Source: Nitrososphaeraceae archaeon (GTDB lineage Archaea > Thermoproteota > Nitrososphaeria > Nitrososphaerales > Nitrososphaeraceae). From it: a stretch of DNA of 64,000 nt. Location: positions 1-64,000 of the forward strand of contig DATFEP010000066.1 in the NCBI GenBank assembly GCA_035250975.1, in the 5' to 3' direction. How positions within the stretch are numbered: position 1 is the stretch's first letter; the number at the start of each line of letters is the position of its first letter. Below, piece after piece: positions 21,805 through 32,904 of this stretch. Below the pieces are notes generated by a model that searched no databases, was not told the DNA's origin, and saw nothing but the letters and a program-made list of their open reading frames with translations. The position numbers and the translations under genes are program-made.

Positions 21805-22650
21805 CTAGATGTTATAATCTCTTAAGATATATGTGTGTTTTTTACAAAGAGTTTTACTTTTACTCAATCTCATTAGATCTTCTTGCCAATGAGAATTGAA
21901 AAGTCTACAATTAGTATCTTCACAAAATGCCTCACCTTCTTTGAAAAAATATAGGGATTGTATCACTAGACTTTCGATTATTTCATTTATCATCCAATCG
22001 TTATATTTGATAAATCTTCCTTTATATTGCTCGTCAAGTTTTTTAGCTATTTCAGGATCTTGAGAAAATTGTACCAACTTTAAGTAGTAGTCCTTGGGTT
22101 TGGCTGGTCCTTCTAATATTCCTGATGTGGATATAATTGTTGGATTTCCTAATATAATATACCTCGCATGATATCTCCAGTCTGTTTCTTCAAAAGTACA
22201 TATCAACTTATCAGTTATAACGATAAACAAATTTGAAAGATCCAACTCCAAGCTTTTATTATTGAGAATTTCTTGATAGATTTTTTGTAAAATAAAACCA
22301 TCATACATAATTGGTTCTTTGCTATCATTTTGAAAATATTCCTTGTCAATTTCAATACTATCGGGATGACAAATCCCTGGATCTTTTGTATGGTGACTCG
22401 TTTCTATTATGTTGTTATCGACATTTAATATATTGTATATATTCAATTCATTTTTCACATCTTGAATAATCGATTGGTTTTCAATATTGTTTATTTCATC
22501 TGGTATTAAAAAAAAATCATCTTTAAAATTTAGTTTTTCAAAGGATATACTTGAAAATATTTTCTTTAAGGAAAGTAGAATTTCATCAATATTTATCTTT
22601 GTCCACTTCGATTCGTTATGAAGGAAAATATGAGTATAGAAATCATTCAT
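21805..22650 (-). CDS. Conserved hypothetical protein with archaemetzincin-like C-terminus
   Basis: RYHAR, EGPAKP, FC.D..CRL...H...LC..H. Confidence 0.7.
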   Translation of the reverse strand: MNDFYTHIFLHNESKWTKINIDEILLSLKKIFSSISFEKLNFKDDFFLIPDEINNIENQSIIQDVKNELNIYNILNVDNNIIETSHHTKDPGICHPDSIEIDKEYFQNDSKEPIMYDGFILQKIYQEILNNKSLELDLSNLFIVITDKLICTFEETDWRYHARYIILGNPTIISTSGILEGPAKPKDYYLKLVQFSQDPEIAKKLDEQYKGRFIKYNDWMINEIIESLVIQSLYFFKEGEAFCEDTNCRLFNSHWQEDLMRLSKSKTLCKKHTYILRDYNI

Positions 22651-22700
22651 TCCTTATAGTAACTTAAAAAAAAGTAATAAAAAATGGTTCTCTTACAGAC

Positions 22701-23510
22701 CTAATTCTGGATTTGAGGCAATTCTTTTAATTTGTTTGCTGCAATTTCTGCTGCCTTTTTACCTGACAGTAACATGGATCCAAAGGTTGGCCCCATTCTT
22801 GGCAATCCGTGTGTTTCAGTTACAGACATGCCCGTTGCAATCAATCCGGGAAAAACTTCTCCAGTATAATTCACAACTGAATCTTCGCTTGTATTTACAC
22901 ACATTGGATCCATTCCTTTCCACTTTACATAACCTCGTTCCATTAATCTTTTTACTGCAACAGAATCATGACCAGAAGCGTCAATGACTATCTTACTCTC
23001 AAATGCTATTGGATCTACACAGGTAATATTTCTTGGTAAGGCAGATACTGGCATCCAATTAACTACTACACCGCCAACACGTTTATTCTTTATAATCAGA
23101 TCATCAAATTTTGTCAACTGTAAAAATCTAACTCCTGCGTCACAGGTAGCTGCTATTAATTTAGAACATGCATGGGGTCCCCATGTCGCATACAATCCTT
23201 CCCTTATAGTTCTATATGGTACTCCTAGTTCATCCCATATCTTCTGAGCAGGTGCTCTTACTGTAACAGGATTCATCATATATCCACCTACCCAGTATCC
23301 CCCTCCGATGTAATTATTTTGTTCAATGATTAGTGTTTTAATTCCGAGTCTTCCGAGATCTCTTCCTGCTGACAAACCAGCAGGTCCTGCTCCAATAATA
23401 ATTACTTCAGAGTCGGTATACTCGTTCATAGTCTCCATAAACATTCCTGCAATTGATCTGCTAATTTCTTTCTCGCTGACGTCAGCAAAAATTTTTGGCA
23501 TAAAATACAT
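22701..23510 (-). CDS. thi4: Thi4 thiazole synthase, cysteine-type (start may be ATG 23501)
   Basis: GAGPAGL, ITCVDP, DASGHD, PRMGPTFGSMLLSG. Confidence 0.95.
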   Translation of the reverse strand: MYFMPKIFADVSEKEISRSIAGMFMETMNEYTDSEVIIIGAGPAGLSAGRDLGRLGIKTLIIEQNNYIGGGYWVGGYMMNPVTVRAPAQKIWDELGVPYRTIREGLYATWGPHACSKLIAATCDAGVRFLQLTKFDDLIIKNKRVGGVVVNWMPVSALPRNITCVDPIAFESKIVIDASGHDSVAVKRLMERGYVKWKGMDPMCVNTSEDSVVNYTGEVFPGLIATGMSVTETHGLPRMGPTFGSMLLSGKKAAEIAANKLKELPQIQN

Positions 23511-23668
23511 CCATAAATAGATTATATATTATTAATGCAAAATATGAAACTATTTTCACAAATTAATGAGAAACAAAATAAAGAGAATCATAAATATAAT
23601 AAAGAATAAGCATTATTGTTTACTTATTTTCTAGCCTCTTTGGTATTGAAACTATAATATTTAGGAGG

Positions 23669-24961
23669 TTAGTTAGTACTGTTCAACATATCATCAGATA
23701 CATGATGTCCACGGATTTTACTATCAATCTCGTTTATCATGGATATGAAATCAGTTTTGTGCGAATTGAGATATTCTTGTCCTTTGTCCTTTAATCGATT
23801 TTGGTAAAGTCTGAGATCACGATGTTCATTAAAGAATTTTTCGATCATCAAACTTCCATGAACTGTTGGATTGATTAGCTGGTCGAAATATTCCATAGTA
23901 AGATGAACATCCCCATTTTCAACCGAATTTCTTGCTCTATTTAGTAACTCGGAAATATCTTTTAGTTGTTTCATTGGAGGAGTTATTTCTCTTGATTTAC
24001 CCATAAAACCGGATCTTTTTACTGTACCTACTTTTGTGGCAAGTTCCTTAGCCACCTCATAATATTCTTCTTTGCTGAAAAGATTTTTCTTTACCTTTCT
24101 GATTATTAGCCCCTTCATAGTTAATTTTAATAGAGCATCATCCACTTCGACTTTATCCATACCCGTTATCCACACTATCTTTCCAGAATAATCATATCCA
24201 AGGCGAATTGCTTCTAGGACAACAACCTCAACAATTCTTCTAAATCCTTCCTCAGCTTTTGCATTTTCAAAATCTTTATCCCGTACCGCTCTTTTTGCAT
24301 AGGATATATCCATCTCAATAGAGCGTTTTAAAGCCTCAATTCCATCATCTACTCTTCCATCCAATACAAGATAACAAGCGAGATTATACCACGACATACC
24401 ATCGTTATGATTGATATCTAACGCTTTTTCACAGCATTCAACAGCTTTTTGTAGATTACCCATTCGATAATAAGATAGACCTTTCAGATTCCATGTTTCT
24501 GAATTATTTATATCCAAATCAAGGGCTTTATCATAACAGGAAATAGCAACTGTAAATTCATTCATATGAAAATGAGAATATCCTTTTTTTATCCATGCAT
24601 TTGCAAATTCTGGATCTATTCTTATTGCCAATTCAAAGCATCTGATAGCATCAACTAGCTTTTCATTTGACATATGATTAATTCCTTTGTTATAAAGGTC
24701 AAATTTCTGAATATCAACGACATTATTGATAGGTTTATGAATAGGAATTTCAGAATCTCCTTTCCCACATTCATCATTACTTTTTTTTATAGTATTTTCC
24801 AAAGTTTTACCCTCTTGATTATCACTATTTACATTATGATCATTGATAGCAGTATCTTCATTACTGATACTTTTTTCTAGTTTGGAAGGTGCTTCTCCGA
24901 GGTTAATTTTTTTTAAAATTTTCCTTCCTAAAAATCTATTCATATATACATATTTGATCAC
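23669..24961 (-). CDS. Tetratricopeptide repeat protein
   Basis: Several TPRs (AWIKKG, TWNLKG, WYNLAC) followed by a winged-helix-like segment. Confidence 0.85.
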   Translation of the reverse strand: MIKYVYMNRFLGRKILKKINLGEAPSKLEKSISNEDTAINDHNVNSDNQEGKTLENTIKKSNDECGKGDSEIPIHKPINNVVDIQKFDLYNKGINHMSNEKLVDAIRCFELAIRIDPEFANAWIKKGYSHFHMNEFTVAISCYDKALDLDINNSETWNLKGLSYYRMGNLQKAVECCEKALDINHNDGMSWYNLACYLVLDGRVDDGIEALKRSIEMDISYAKRAVRDKDFENAKAEEGFRRIVEVVVLEAIRLGYDYSGKIVWITGMDKVEVDDALLKLTMKGLIIRKVKKNLFSKEEYYEVAKELATKVGTVKRSGFMGKSREITPPMKQLKDISELLNRARNSVENGDVHLTMEYFDQLINPTVHGSLMIEKFFNEHRDLRLYQNRLKDKGQEYLNSHKTDFISMINEIDSKIRGHHVSDDMLNSTN

Positions 24962-25098
24962 TGACGAAGATAAATAGATTATGATTCAATTAATATGGTG
25001 TCCAAAATATAGAATTTGATATATGAATATTATAGAAAGAAGATATTGAAATAAAAACCGAAAAAAATTATTATCTCGTGCAATTAATATATTTCCAA

Positions 25099-25545
25099 GT
25101 GTCAGATTATTATGAAATTCTTGGATTAGGTAAGGATGCAACTCAAAACGATATTAAAAAAGCTTTCAGAAATTTAGCGTTGAAATATCATCCAGACAAG
25201 AACAAGAATTCAGAAGACTCAAAGCATAAGTTTATGCAACTAATTGAAGCATACGAAGTACTGTCTGACCAAAATTTGAAGGAAAAATATGATTATTCAT
25301 TATTTAATAAAAGGATCCTGAACAAAAATGAATATGTTTATAATTCAGGATTCAAGTGGGTTCCGTCAGCAGATTTTGAGCATTTCTATAGTTACGAGAA
25401 CCTCAAAAGACGATATAGGCAGGAGAATTTTAGGGGAGGTATGTGGGATATTAATGAGAATGCCAATATTGGCTTGTGGAAAGCGACAATGATCTTATTT
25501 GGTACCCTTGGTTTGATAGCACTCTTCATAATATTAATAAATTAA
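25099..25545 (+). CDS. J-domain protein with C-terminal transmembrane anchor
   Basis: DYYEILG, HPD motif, EAYEVLSD; hydrophobic C-terminus. Confidence 0.9.
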   Translation: MSDYYEILGLGKDATQNDIKKAFRNLALKYHPDKNKNSEDSKHKFMQLIEAYEVLSDQNLKEKYDYSLFNKRILNKNEYVYNSGFKWVPSADFEHFYSYENLKRRYRQENFRGGMWDINENANIGLWKATMILFGTLGLIALFIILIN

Positions 25546-25982
25546 GCCTATCGAGTTGAAAAATTGATTCCTTTGAGATAATATTAGAAATTAAAAAATT
25601 AAATATTCTAACCCAAAAAACAAATGTTAAGAAAAATATGGATACAAATTGTTTTTTTCCTTGTACAGTATTGGTTGGACTCACACAGAAATAAATAAGA
25701 TTATTTGTAATTAACCTTATTGTAAATTTAAATTTCATATTCAAAAACTAGAATTATTAATATTGGAATAATAATTTCAAAAATATTTCTCGTAGTAATC
25801 GTTTTCCAAACTTACTCGATATATTCAATAGTTGTTAAAACAGCTATCAAAATCATCATTATCTTATTTACAATATATGCAAAATTAAGAAAAAGATTAA
25901 AGGCTATAACGAACGAAAAAGGGTTTTTTATACAATTTTATATAAAATAAAAAATTATATTTTAACTGGGAAATAGTATCAT

Positions 25983-27329
25983 ATGAAAATGAAATCTGTT
26001 TTGACCATTGCGGGAAGTGATCCCATTTCAGGTGCAGGTATACAGGCAGACCTAAAGACCTTTTCTACACTTGGAGTATATGGATTTACTGCAATAACAG
26101 CAATAACCGTCCAAAATACAAAAACTATTTCAAGAATTTTTCCTTTACCTTCTTATCTGATAGCAGAGCAGATAAAATCAATAATTAGCGATTCAAAACC
26201 AAACGCAATAAAGGTTGGGATGGCATATAATCGATCGACTATTTTTCAATTGCAAAAAATTCTAAAAGATATTACAGATATTCCGATTATAATAGACCCG
26301 ATTTTGATTTCTTCTACAAATACAAGATTGTTGATGAAAGACGCATTGAATGATTTTGTAAAAAAATTGTTACCAATTTCAAATATTATTACGCCAAATA
26401 TTGCAGAAGCAGAAGAGATAACCAAGATAAGAATACGAAAAGAACAGAATCTAATTGAAGCACTGAAAATGATAAAGGAAATGGGTGCGAAGAATGTAAT
26501 TATAAAAAGCAGTCAACTAAAAAAAGACAAGGTTATAGATATATTACTTGATGATGAAAATAAAATTTATAAATTTTCTAATCCAAAAAAACAAATACCT
26601 GAAAACCACGGTTCTGGATGTAATTTTTCAGCAGCCCTCTCTGCGTTTACTGCAAAGGGTTATAGAGTCGATCAGGCATGTAAATTTGCAAATAAGTTTA
26701 TCCAGCAAATTTTTGAAAAAAGCGTTCTAGAAATTGGTAAAGGATTGCCCGTTGCAGACGCTGGTTTTGCCAACTATTATGATTCAATGAAATATAATGT
26801 TTTAGTAGAATTATCCAAGGCAGTGCGGGATTTCGAGGATATTAAGAACGTAGGACTATTTATCCCTGAAACGCAGACTAACTTTGTTTACGCATTACCT
26901 GATGCTGAGAACATAGGAGATGTGGCAGGAGTCAAGGGTAGAATAGTGAAATTAGACACTGGTGCTAAGGCTTCGTCTTGTGTAGAATTCGGTACTTCAA
27001 CACATGTTGCGACTGCAGTCCTGACTTATATGCAGATAGACAACTCAATTAGATCTGCAATTAATTTAAGATTTAATGAAAAATTTATAAACATAGGTAA
27101 ATCTTTTTTGAAAATTGTCCAATATGACAGAACTAAAGAACCTATAGAGATAAAAAGAAAAGAAGGATCTTCAATCCGATGGGGAATACAGTCCTGCTTA
27201 TCACAAGAAAAGGAAGCAAGGATGATATTTCATCAAGGCGATATTGGAAAGGAGCCCATGATAATTTTATTTGCAGATAATCCACAGAAGATTATAAAAT
27301 ATATAAAAAAAATAATTAATGAATACTAA
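25983..27329 (+). CDS. thiDN: Bifunctional HMP/HMP-P kinase and thiamine-phosphate synthase (ThiD-ThiN fusion)
   Basis: AGSDPISGAGIQADLKT, HGSGC; C-terminal IPETQTN, GKEPM. Confidence 0.95.
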   Translation: MKMKSVLTIAGSDPISGAGIQADLKTFSTLGVYGFTAITAITVQNTKTISRIFPLPSYLIAEQIKSIISDSKPNAIKVGMAYNRSTIFQLQKILKDITDIPIIIDPILISSTNTRLLMKDALNDFVKKLLPISNIITPNIAEAEEITKIRIRKEQNLIEALKMIKEMGAKNVIIKSSQLKKDKVIDILLDDENKIYKFSNPKKQIPENHGSGCNFSAALSAFTAKGYRVDQACKFANKFIQQIFEKSVLEIGKGLPVADAGFANYYDSMKYNVLVELSKAVRDFEDIKNVGLFIPETQTNFVYALPDAENIGDVAGVKGRIVKLDTGAKASSCVEFGTSTHVATAVLTYMQIDNSIRSAINLRFNEKFINIGKSFLKIVQYDRTKEPIEIKRKEGSSIRWGIQSCLSQEKEARMIFHQGDIGKEPMIILFADNPQKIIKYIKKIINEY

Positions 27330-27560
27330 TGATCATTGATTGCAATTAAAACTTCAGACAGAAATAGATCATTTTTTTTAAAAATTATTATATTTTTAAG
27401 AAGCTGATTTTATATCTTTAATTATCTCTTTTACGGTTTATCATTCACAATAAATTGTACTAAATGTTCCGGTGCTCTCTTTTGTTTTAATTCTCGTTTC
27501 TCTTATTGAAATAATATCTTAAAAGTATATTAATTTAGTATTTACTAAAGTTACTAAAAA

Positions 27561-28268
27561 ATGCAGGCTGTAATACTTGCGGGTGGCTTGGGCACCAGAT
27601 TGCAACCCTACACCTTCTTTATTCCTAAGCCAATGTTACCACTAGGAAATAAACCATTATTGGAACATCTCGTAGAATGGATTGCAAGTAACAAAATTAT
27701 TGATGAAATAATTATTTGTGTTAGTTATTTACATAGAACTATTGAGGATTATTTTGAGGACGGTGGAAGGTTGGGAATAAGAATATCATATGCACGTTCT
27801 GAAAGGCCTCTAGCGACGGCTGGTCAGTTAAAAACAACTGAAAAATTACTTAAGGGTAGGTTTGTTTGTTTATATGGAGATTCTATTTATGACTTTAACT
27901 TAGAACAAATGATAAAGGAACATGAACAATCCAAGGCCTTTCTTTCGATGGCGTTGATGCAATATAAAACTAGATTGAAATATGGATTTATTGAAGTACA
28001 AAAAAAAAATAAAATAGTTACAGGATGGAGAGAGAAACCAGAAGTAGAAGGCTTGATAAACATTGGATGTTATGTTATGGAAAAGGAATTTCTGAAGTTC
28101 ATTCCAAAATCAAGTACCATTGGAATGGACAAAATTGTTCAAAAAATAATAAGGAAAAATAAATGTGTAAAGGCCTTTACGATAGAATCTGGATTTATTG
28201 ATATTGGGGATAAAAGATCATATTTAGAAGCTTACAAAGAGTTTACAAAGAAATTAGGAAAGATATAA
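27561..28268 (+). CDS. Sugar-phosphate nucleotidyltransferase
   Basis: LAGGLGTRLQPYT..PKPM, YGD, DIG. Confidence 0.9.
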   Translation: MQAVILAGGLGTRLQPYTFFIPKPMLPLGNKPLLEHLVEWIASNKIIDEIIICVSYLHRTIEDYFEDGGRLGIRISYARSERPLATAGQLKTTEKLLKGRFVCLYGDSIYDFNLEQMIKEHEQSKAFLSMALMQYKTRLKYGFIEVQKKNKIVTGWREKPEVEGLINIGCYVMEKEFLKFIPKSSTIGMDKIVQKIIRKNKCVKAFTIESGFIDIGDKRSYLEAYKEFTKKLGKI

Positions 28269-28444
28269 TACTAAATTTGCAACAATCGAAATTCAGCCTA
28301 ACATTTTTTTACTTTATGGAGGTAATTTGCTAATAATCGTATTTTGTTTCCATTTTAGTGAAAACAAACATGAAAGTGCAAAAAGAAATTATTAATATAC
28401 AACCAAGATGTTATATTTTTTACAAATAAAGAAGGGGAATTGAT

Positions 28445-28801
28445 TTGTTCAAAGAAGATGAAAGCCATTTTGATAAATCTGGCTCAGATATCAACCCACA
28501 GTATTACGTAAGAAAAATGCGTTATCAAGGATCATTAATGATAAATATTTGTGATGAAAATCTGTTGGGTAAGACAATTAAAGATGAATCGGTAAATATT
28601 GAGATTACAAGAGATTTTTTTAATGAATTAATGAGTGAACAAGAAATTCATTATTTACTTAAAAGATGTTCCATAGCGAATTTAATTGGCGAGAGAGTAA
28701 TTAAAAAGACATTAAAGTTAGGATTAGCAAAGAAAGAAAGTGTCAAGGTTATTTCAGATATACCTTTTTTAATGATCTACACATTTCAGGGAAACTACTA
28801 G
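28445..28801 (+). CDS. DUF424-family protein
   Basis: ICDENLLGK, ANLIG, ISDIP. Confidence 0.85.
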   Translation: MFKEDESHFDKSGSDINPQYYVRKMRYQGSLMINICDENLLGKTIKDESVNIEITRDFFNELMSEQEIHYLLKRCSIANLIGERVIKKTLKLGLAKKESVKVISDIPFLMIYTFQGNY

Positions 28802-28915
28802 ATAAAAGTATTATGTGGAAAAAGAAAATTTAATAAAAATTATATATTTTTAATACATCCAAATAAATGAATATTTTATAAGTAATATTTTGTTAATTTA
28901 TCTAGGGGAAAAATA

Positions 28916-29473
28916 GTGATTTATCAAAGAAGTATTAGAATTCAGAAGGACAGAATTGGAGCCATAATTGGCAAGAAAGGATCTACGAAACAAGAAATTC
29001 AAAGAAAGTTTAACGTAGAGATAGAAATAGATGGCGATTATGGTGATATTACCCTAAAATCCAAAGGAGAGGATTTAAACGTGCTTGACATAAACAACGC
29101 AATGGAAATAATTAGTGCTATATCAAAGGGTTTTTCGCCAGAAAGGGCATTCAATCTATTTAATGAAGATAACATACTTGAGGTTATTGATCTCAGAAAC
29201 TTTGTGGGAAGATCAGAAAATGGCTTATCTAGAATAAAAAGTAGATTAATAGGAGAGAGAGGAAAATCGAGAAGAACCATAGAAGAGTTATCGGGAGCAT
29301 ATATTTCAATTTACGGTCATACAATTAGTTTGATAGGAACCTCCGAACAAATAAGACTTGCCTCAGAGGCTATAAACATGATATGTTGTGGAAGATCTCA
29401 CAAAGTAGTCTATAATTTCCTTCAGGAAACAAGGAGAAAGGCAAAGATCGAAAAGATGAGACTATGGGAGTAA
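28916..29473 (+). CDS. KH-domain pre-rRNA processing protein (Dim2/Pno1)
   Basis: IIGKKG, GFSPERA, RLIGERGKSRRTIEELS. Confidence 0.92.
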   Translation: MIYQRSIRIQKDRIGAIIGKKGSTKQEIQRKFNVEIEIDGDYGDITLKSKGEDLNVLDINNAMEIISAISKGFSPERAFNLFNEDNILEVIDLRNFVGRSENGLSRIKSRLIGERGKSRRTIEELSGAYISIYGHTISLIGTSEQIRLASEAINMICCGRSHKVVYNFLQETRRKAKIEKMRLWE

Positions 29474-29702
29474 AAGTTTATGTAAAACTGTACCATTTTT
29501 AAGGCAAACATAAATTAGAGTTTTGAAAATTGAACGGGTTATAGCTTCAATAATTAATAAAGTACACAAGGAGATGAATATACGCATACTTTACATAAAC
29601 TACATGAATTCATAAATATTCAATATATGATGAAATTATTAGCCGTCTTGTATTGTTTATTTACTTAATTACATGGAAACATTTAAAACGTTAAAATTAT
29701 AA

Positions 29703-30281
29703 CTATACAATTTCATTATTTGATTTTTTGTTGCCCCATCTTGTAAACAAATTATGTTCGATGTTAAATTGATCCAACACTTTTCCTACTATATGAAAAA
29801 TGATATCGTCCAATGAAGAAGGTTTGAAGTAGAATCCTGGCATCGCTGGCAAGACAGTAACGCCCAATGCTGAAAGTTTCACCATGTTTTCTAGGTGAAT
29901 TTTTGAAAGAGGGGTTTCTCTTGGCACTATAATCAATTTTCTATTTTCTTTGATACAAACATTTGCAGCTCTGGAAATCAAAGTATCATCAAATCCATTT
30001 GAAATACTTGCAAGGGTTTTCATGCTGCAAGGAATTATTACCATTCCATCAGTTCTAAAAGAACCACTTGAGATTGGAGCGGCCATATTTTTATTATCAT
30101 AACAATAAGTAGCTAAGGATTTTACCTTGCTAGGAACTGTGTCAGTCTCTATCTTAATGGTATTTGCACCCCATTCACTTAATATCAGGTGTGTTTCAAT
30201 GTCAAGTGAACGTAACGATTCCATTGTCTTGATTCCATAAATTACTCCCGAGCTACCTGTGATCCCGACTATTATCCTCAT
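29703..30281 (-). CDS. ubiX: Flavin prenyltransferase UbiX
   Basis: GITGSSG, SSGS, PCSMKTL, PRETPL, PGFY. Confidence 0.95.
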   Translation of the reverse strand: MRIIVGITGSSGVIYGIKTMESLRSLDIETHLILSEWGANTIKIETDTVPSKVKSLATYCYDNKNMAAPISSGSFRTDGMVIIPCSMKTLASISNGFDDTLISRAANVCIKENRKLIIVPRETPLSKIHLENMVKLSALGVTVLPAMPGFYFKPSSLDDIIFHIVGKVLDQFNIEHNLFTRWGNKKSNNEIV

Positions 30282-30383
30282 TATAACTTGAGAGTTAGAA
30301 GACCTATGATATGTACCTATCTTAGTTGCGTATAAGAATTAATTTTTATAATGCCCACATACCAAGATAAATCTATAATAAAG

Positions 30384-31283
30384 ATGCTTACAATTTTTGG
30401 GACAATTGCTCTTGATACAACAAGAACTGGTTCAAGAACCGTAACAAGAATAATGGGAGGTGCTGCTACGTATTCATCTCTATCTGCATCGAAGTATGTG
30501 TCTACTAATATCGTTGGGATAATCGGTTCCGATTTTCCAATGAAATATAGGGAAATTTTGAATAATAATGTCAATACAAAAGGAGTTGTGATAAAAAAGA
30601 ATGGAAAGACTTTCCATTATGATTCGTCATTTGACGAAACGTTGACCATAAGAACATCAAACAAGACTGAATTGAATGTGATCGAAAATTTTCAACCTGT
30701 TATTCCAGAAGAATATATTGATTCAAAATTTATTTTTCTTGCCAACAATGATCCTGTTCAAAATATGAAAATGCTTGATTTATTTAGTGACCCGCAAATG
30801 GTTGTATGTGATACTATTGAATATTGGATTCATAATAAATTTGACGAAGTCGTGGAAATGATGAAAAGGGTAAATGGAATTATAATAGATGCACAAGAAG
30901 CACGTTTGCTTACAAAAGAGCATAATTTGATAAGATGTGCGAAGAAAATAAAAGAGATGGTAAGAGATTTTGTAATTATCAAAAAAGGAGAACATGGTTC
31001 CATGTTGTTTTATAATGATATCATTTTTTTGTCTCCCGCATTTCCCATCGAAATTGTGGTCGATCCCACAGGCGCAGGTGATTGTTTTGCCGGTGGATTT
31101 TTAGGTTATCTGGCAAAGAATAGAAAGATAAGTGAAAGTGCCATGAAAGAGGGTGCGGTTTATGGAAATATCATGGGCTCATTTGTTGTAGAAGATTATG
31201 GAGTGAACAGAATGATAGACTTAACAAATAAAGATATTGAGCAAAGAGTTTATTTGTATAAGAGGTTTGTCGATCTGCAATAG
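30384..31283 (+). CDS. PfkB-family carbohydrate/nucleoside kinase (ORF open from 30351)
   Basis: GGAATY, KKGEHG, DPTGAGDCFAGG. Confidence 0.92.
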   Translation: MLTIFGTIALDTTRTGSRTVTRIMGGAATYSSLSASKYVSTNIVGIIGSDFPMKYREILNNNVNTKGVVIKKNGKTFHYDSSFDETLTIRTSNKTELNVIENFQPVIPEEYIDSKFIFLANNDPVQNMKMLDLFSDPQMVVCDTIEYWIHNKFDEVVEMMKRVNGIIIDAQEARLLTKEHNLIRCAKKIKEMVRDFVIIKKGEHGSMLFYNDIIFLSPAFPIEIVVDPTGAGDCFAGGFLGYLAKNRKISESAMKEGAVYGNIMGSFVVEDYGVNRMIDLTNKDIEQRVYLYKRFVDLQ

Positions 31284-31388
31284 GAATTCCTTCTTTATTA
31301 AATCGTTTTTATTTTTTATCTTTTAAAAATGACGAAATAAATTCTATCAACTAGACTGAATTAATTTACGTACTTAGTTTGTGACATG

Positions 31389-32213
31389 TCAATATTGAAA
31401 TCGTTTGTTTTTTCTAATTTCTTTTAAAAGATAATCAGTTTTTTGTATGGGACTTTTAGAGTGCAAGATGAATCTGCCCACGATTAAATAATCGGCTCCG
31501 GAATTGATCGTCTTGGTTATATTACCTCCTTGAGTTAATAATCCTGGAGAATAAATTGGTATTTCTCCTTTGTCTAAAGTTGATATTTCCTTAATTATTT
31601 CCGTTCTGGTAGCACCAATAACAAACCCGTCAGCATTGCTGGATTTGCCATAATTATAAAATAAATTATAAAGGTACGTAAATTCATTTTTGCTTGAATG
31701 TTTTTCGCTTTTTTGGAATGTCGAGTAAGTGGAATTTGCATTTGCTTTCTTTAATCCATATCCCTCTATCGCCCCGGGATGACTCATAAACAACAAACAG
31801 ATAACACCGATGTTCAAAGAATGAGCATAATCAACGAGAGATTTTGTCTCTGTAATTCCTATAATTGGATTCATTATTACCGCGTCAAATCGTAAATCGC
31901 ATAACCTGTTAACCGTTATCTTATTAGTATTTCCTATATCGTTTAGTTTTATGTCCGCTATTACCTGAAGATTTTTTTCTCGTGCAAATTTGTTTAATTG
32001 TAAAATCTCTTTCTTTGATAAAGATAAAAGTAAATGAAAATTGACCTTCAGTGCACATAACTTTTCGCCCAAATCTGAAATTAGATCATTGCATCTTTGA
32101 AATAATGAATCATCAGTATTCTCAAAATCTAATGCAAGGATAAGGGGGGTTTGTTTTTCCAATGATAAATAACGTATTCGAGATCGATAGGATTTGGAAT
32201 AATTATTCATCAT
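31389..32213 (-). CDS. pyrF: Orotidine-5'-phosphate decarboxylase
   Basis: LILALD, DIKLNDIGNT, SPG..QGG, IVGR. Confidence 0.93.
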   Translation of the reverse strand: MMNNYSKSYRSRIRYLSLEKQTPLILALDFENTDDSLFQRCNDLISDLGEKLCALKVNFHLLLSLSKKEILQLNKFAREKNLQVIADIKLNDIGNTNKITVNRLCDLRFDAVIMNPIIGITETKSLVDYAHSLNIGVICLLFMSHPGAIEGYGLKKANANSTYSTFQKSEKHSSKNEFTYLYNLFYNYGKSSNADGFVIGATRTEIIKEISTLDKGEIPIYSPGLLTQGGNITKTINSGADYLIVGRFILHSKSPIQKTDYLLKEIRKNKRFQY

Positions 32214-32904
32214 TAATCACAAGAGGGTGTTCTTGGACTAGATGTACTACTTTTAGATATATGTATCCATGTTCTTCTGTGTTATTTGTAAATATAGGCT
32301 TTTCAGATTTCTGGCTAGAATATTTTAGAAATTTGCCAGGTTCAAAATCTGTGTTCAAGTAATAATAATAAGTTAAACTATCATTGTCCATAAAATTTAA
32401 CGATGACCCAAGTGAATATTTTCCATTTTGCTTATTCTTGAAGGCAAAAATGGGCAATGGAGGTTCGTCATAAATAGTCTTGTACGCTGCAACTTTTGCA
32501 AGGCTTGATAGGTCACGTAATTTGATTTTTGTATACGCTAGCTTTTTGCTCTTTCTTGAACTCTTTTCCATAACTGAAGGTAATTTTTCTATGTTAATAA
32601 TTGGAGAATAAACATAGAGTGGATTTGATGCTGTTTCAACTGGAAAGACAGATTCAGACGAGCTTGTACATCTATAAGCAAGGTACTGATATGATATAGA
32701 TTGCGCGTGACTTTGGTCCTCAGGATATTTTACGAAATAGATTACTGGAATTCCCCCCATGAATTCGGTTTGTACAGAAAAAATATGTACATTCTTAAGA
32801 TGAACGGAAAAGGACGGTAGAGGAGAGCGCTCTAAAGCGCAAACGAGTCTACCAAAATTATTTAAATCTAATATTTCAACGTAGAAGGGTGATTTTAATT
32901 CCAA
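32203..32904 (-). CDS. Conserved hypothetical protein, overlapping the pyrF start
   Basis: 233-aa ORF with an internal repeat (RLVCALE..PLP / KVAAYK...PLP). Confidence 0.75.
   Translation of the reverse strand: MELKSPFYVEILDLNNFGRLVCALERSPLPSFSVHLKNVHIFSVQTEFMGGIPVIYFVKYPEDQSHAQSISYQYLAYRCTSSSESVFPVETASNPLYVYSPIINIEKLPSVMEKSSRKSKKLAYTKIKLRDLSSLAKVAAYKTIYDEPPLPIFAFKNKQNGKYSLGSSLNFMDNDSLTYYYYLNTDFEPGKFLKYSSQKSEKPIFTNNTEEHGYIYLKVVHLVQEHPLVINDE

Noticed and set aside
23511-25982. TPP riboswitch upstream of thi4 or thiDN
   Set aside because: Upstream regions are AT-rich and lack the conserved CUGAGA-containing aptamer core.
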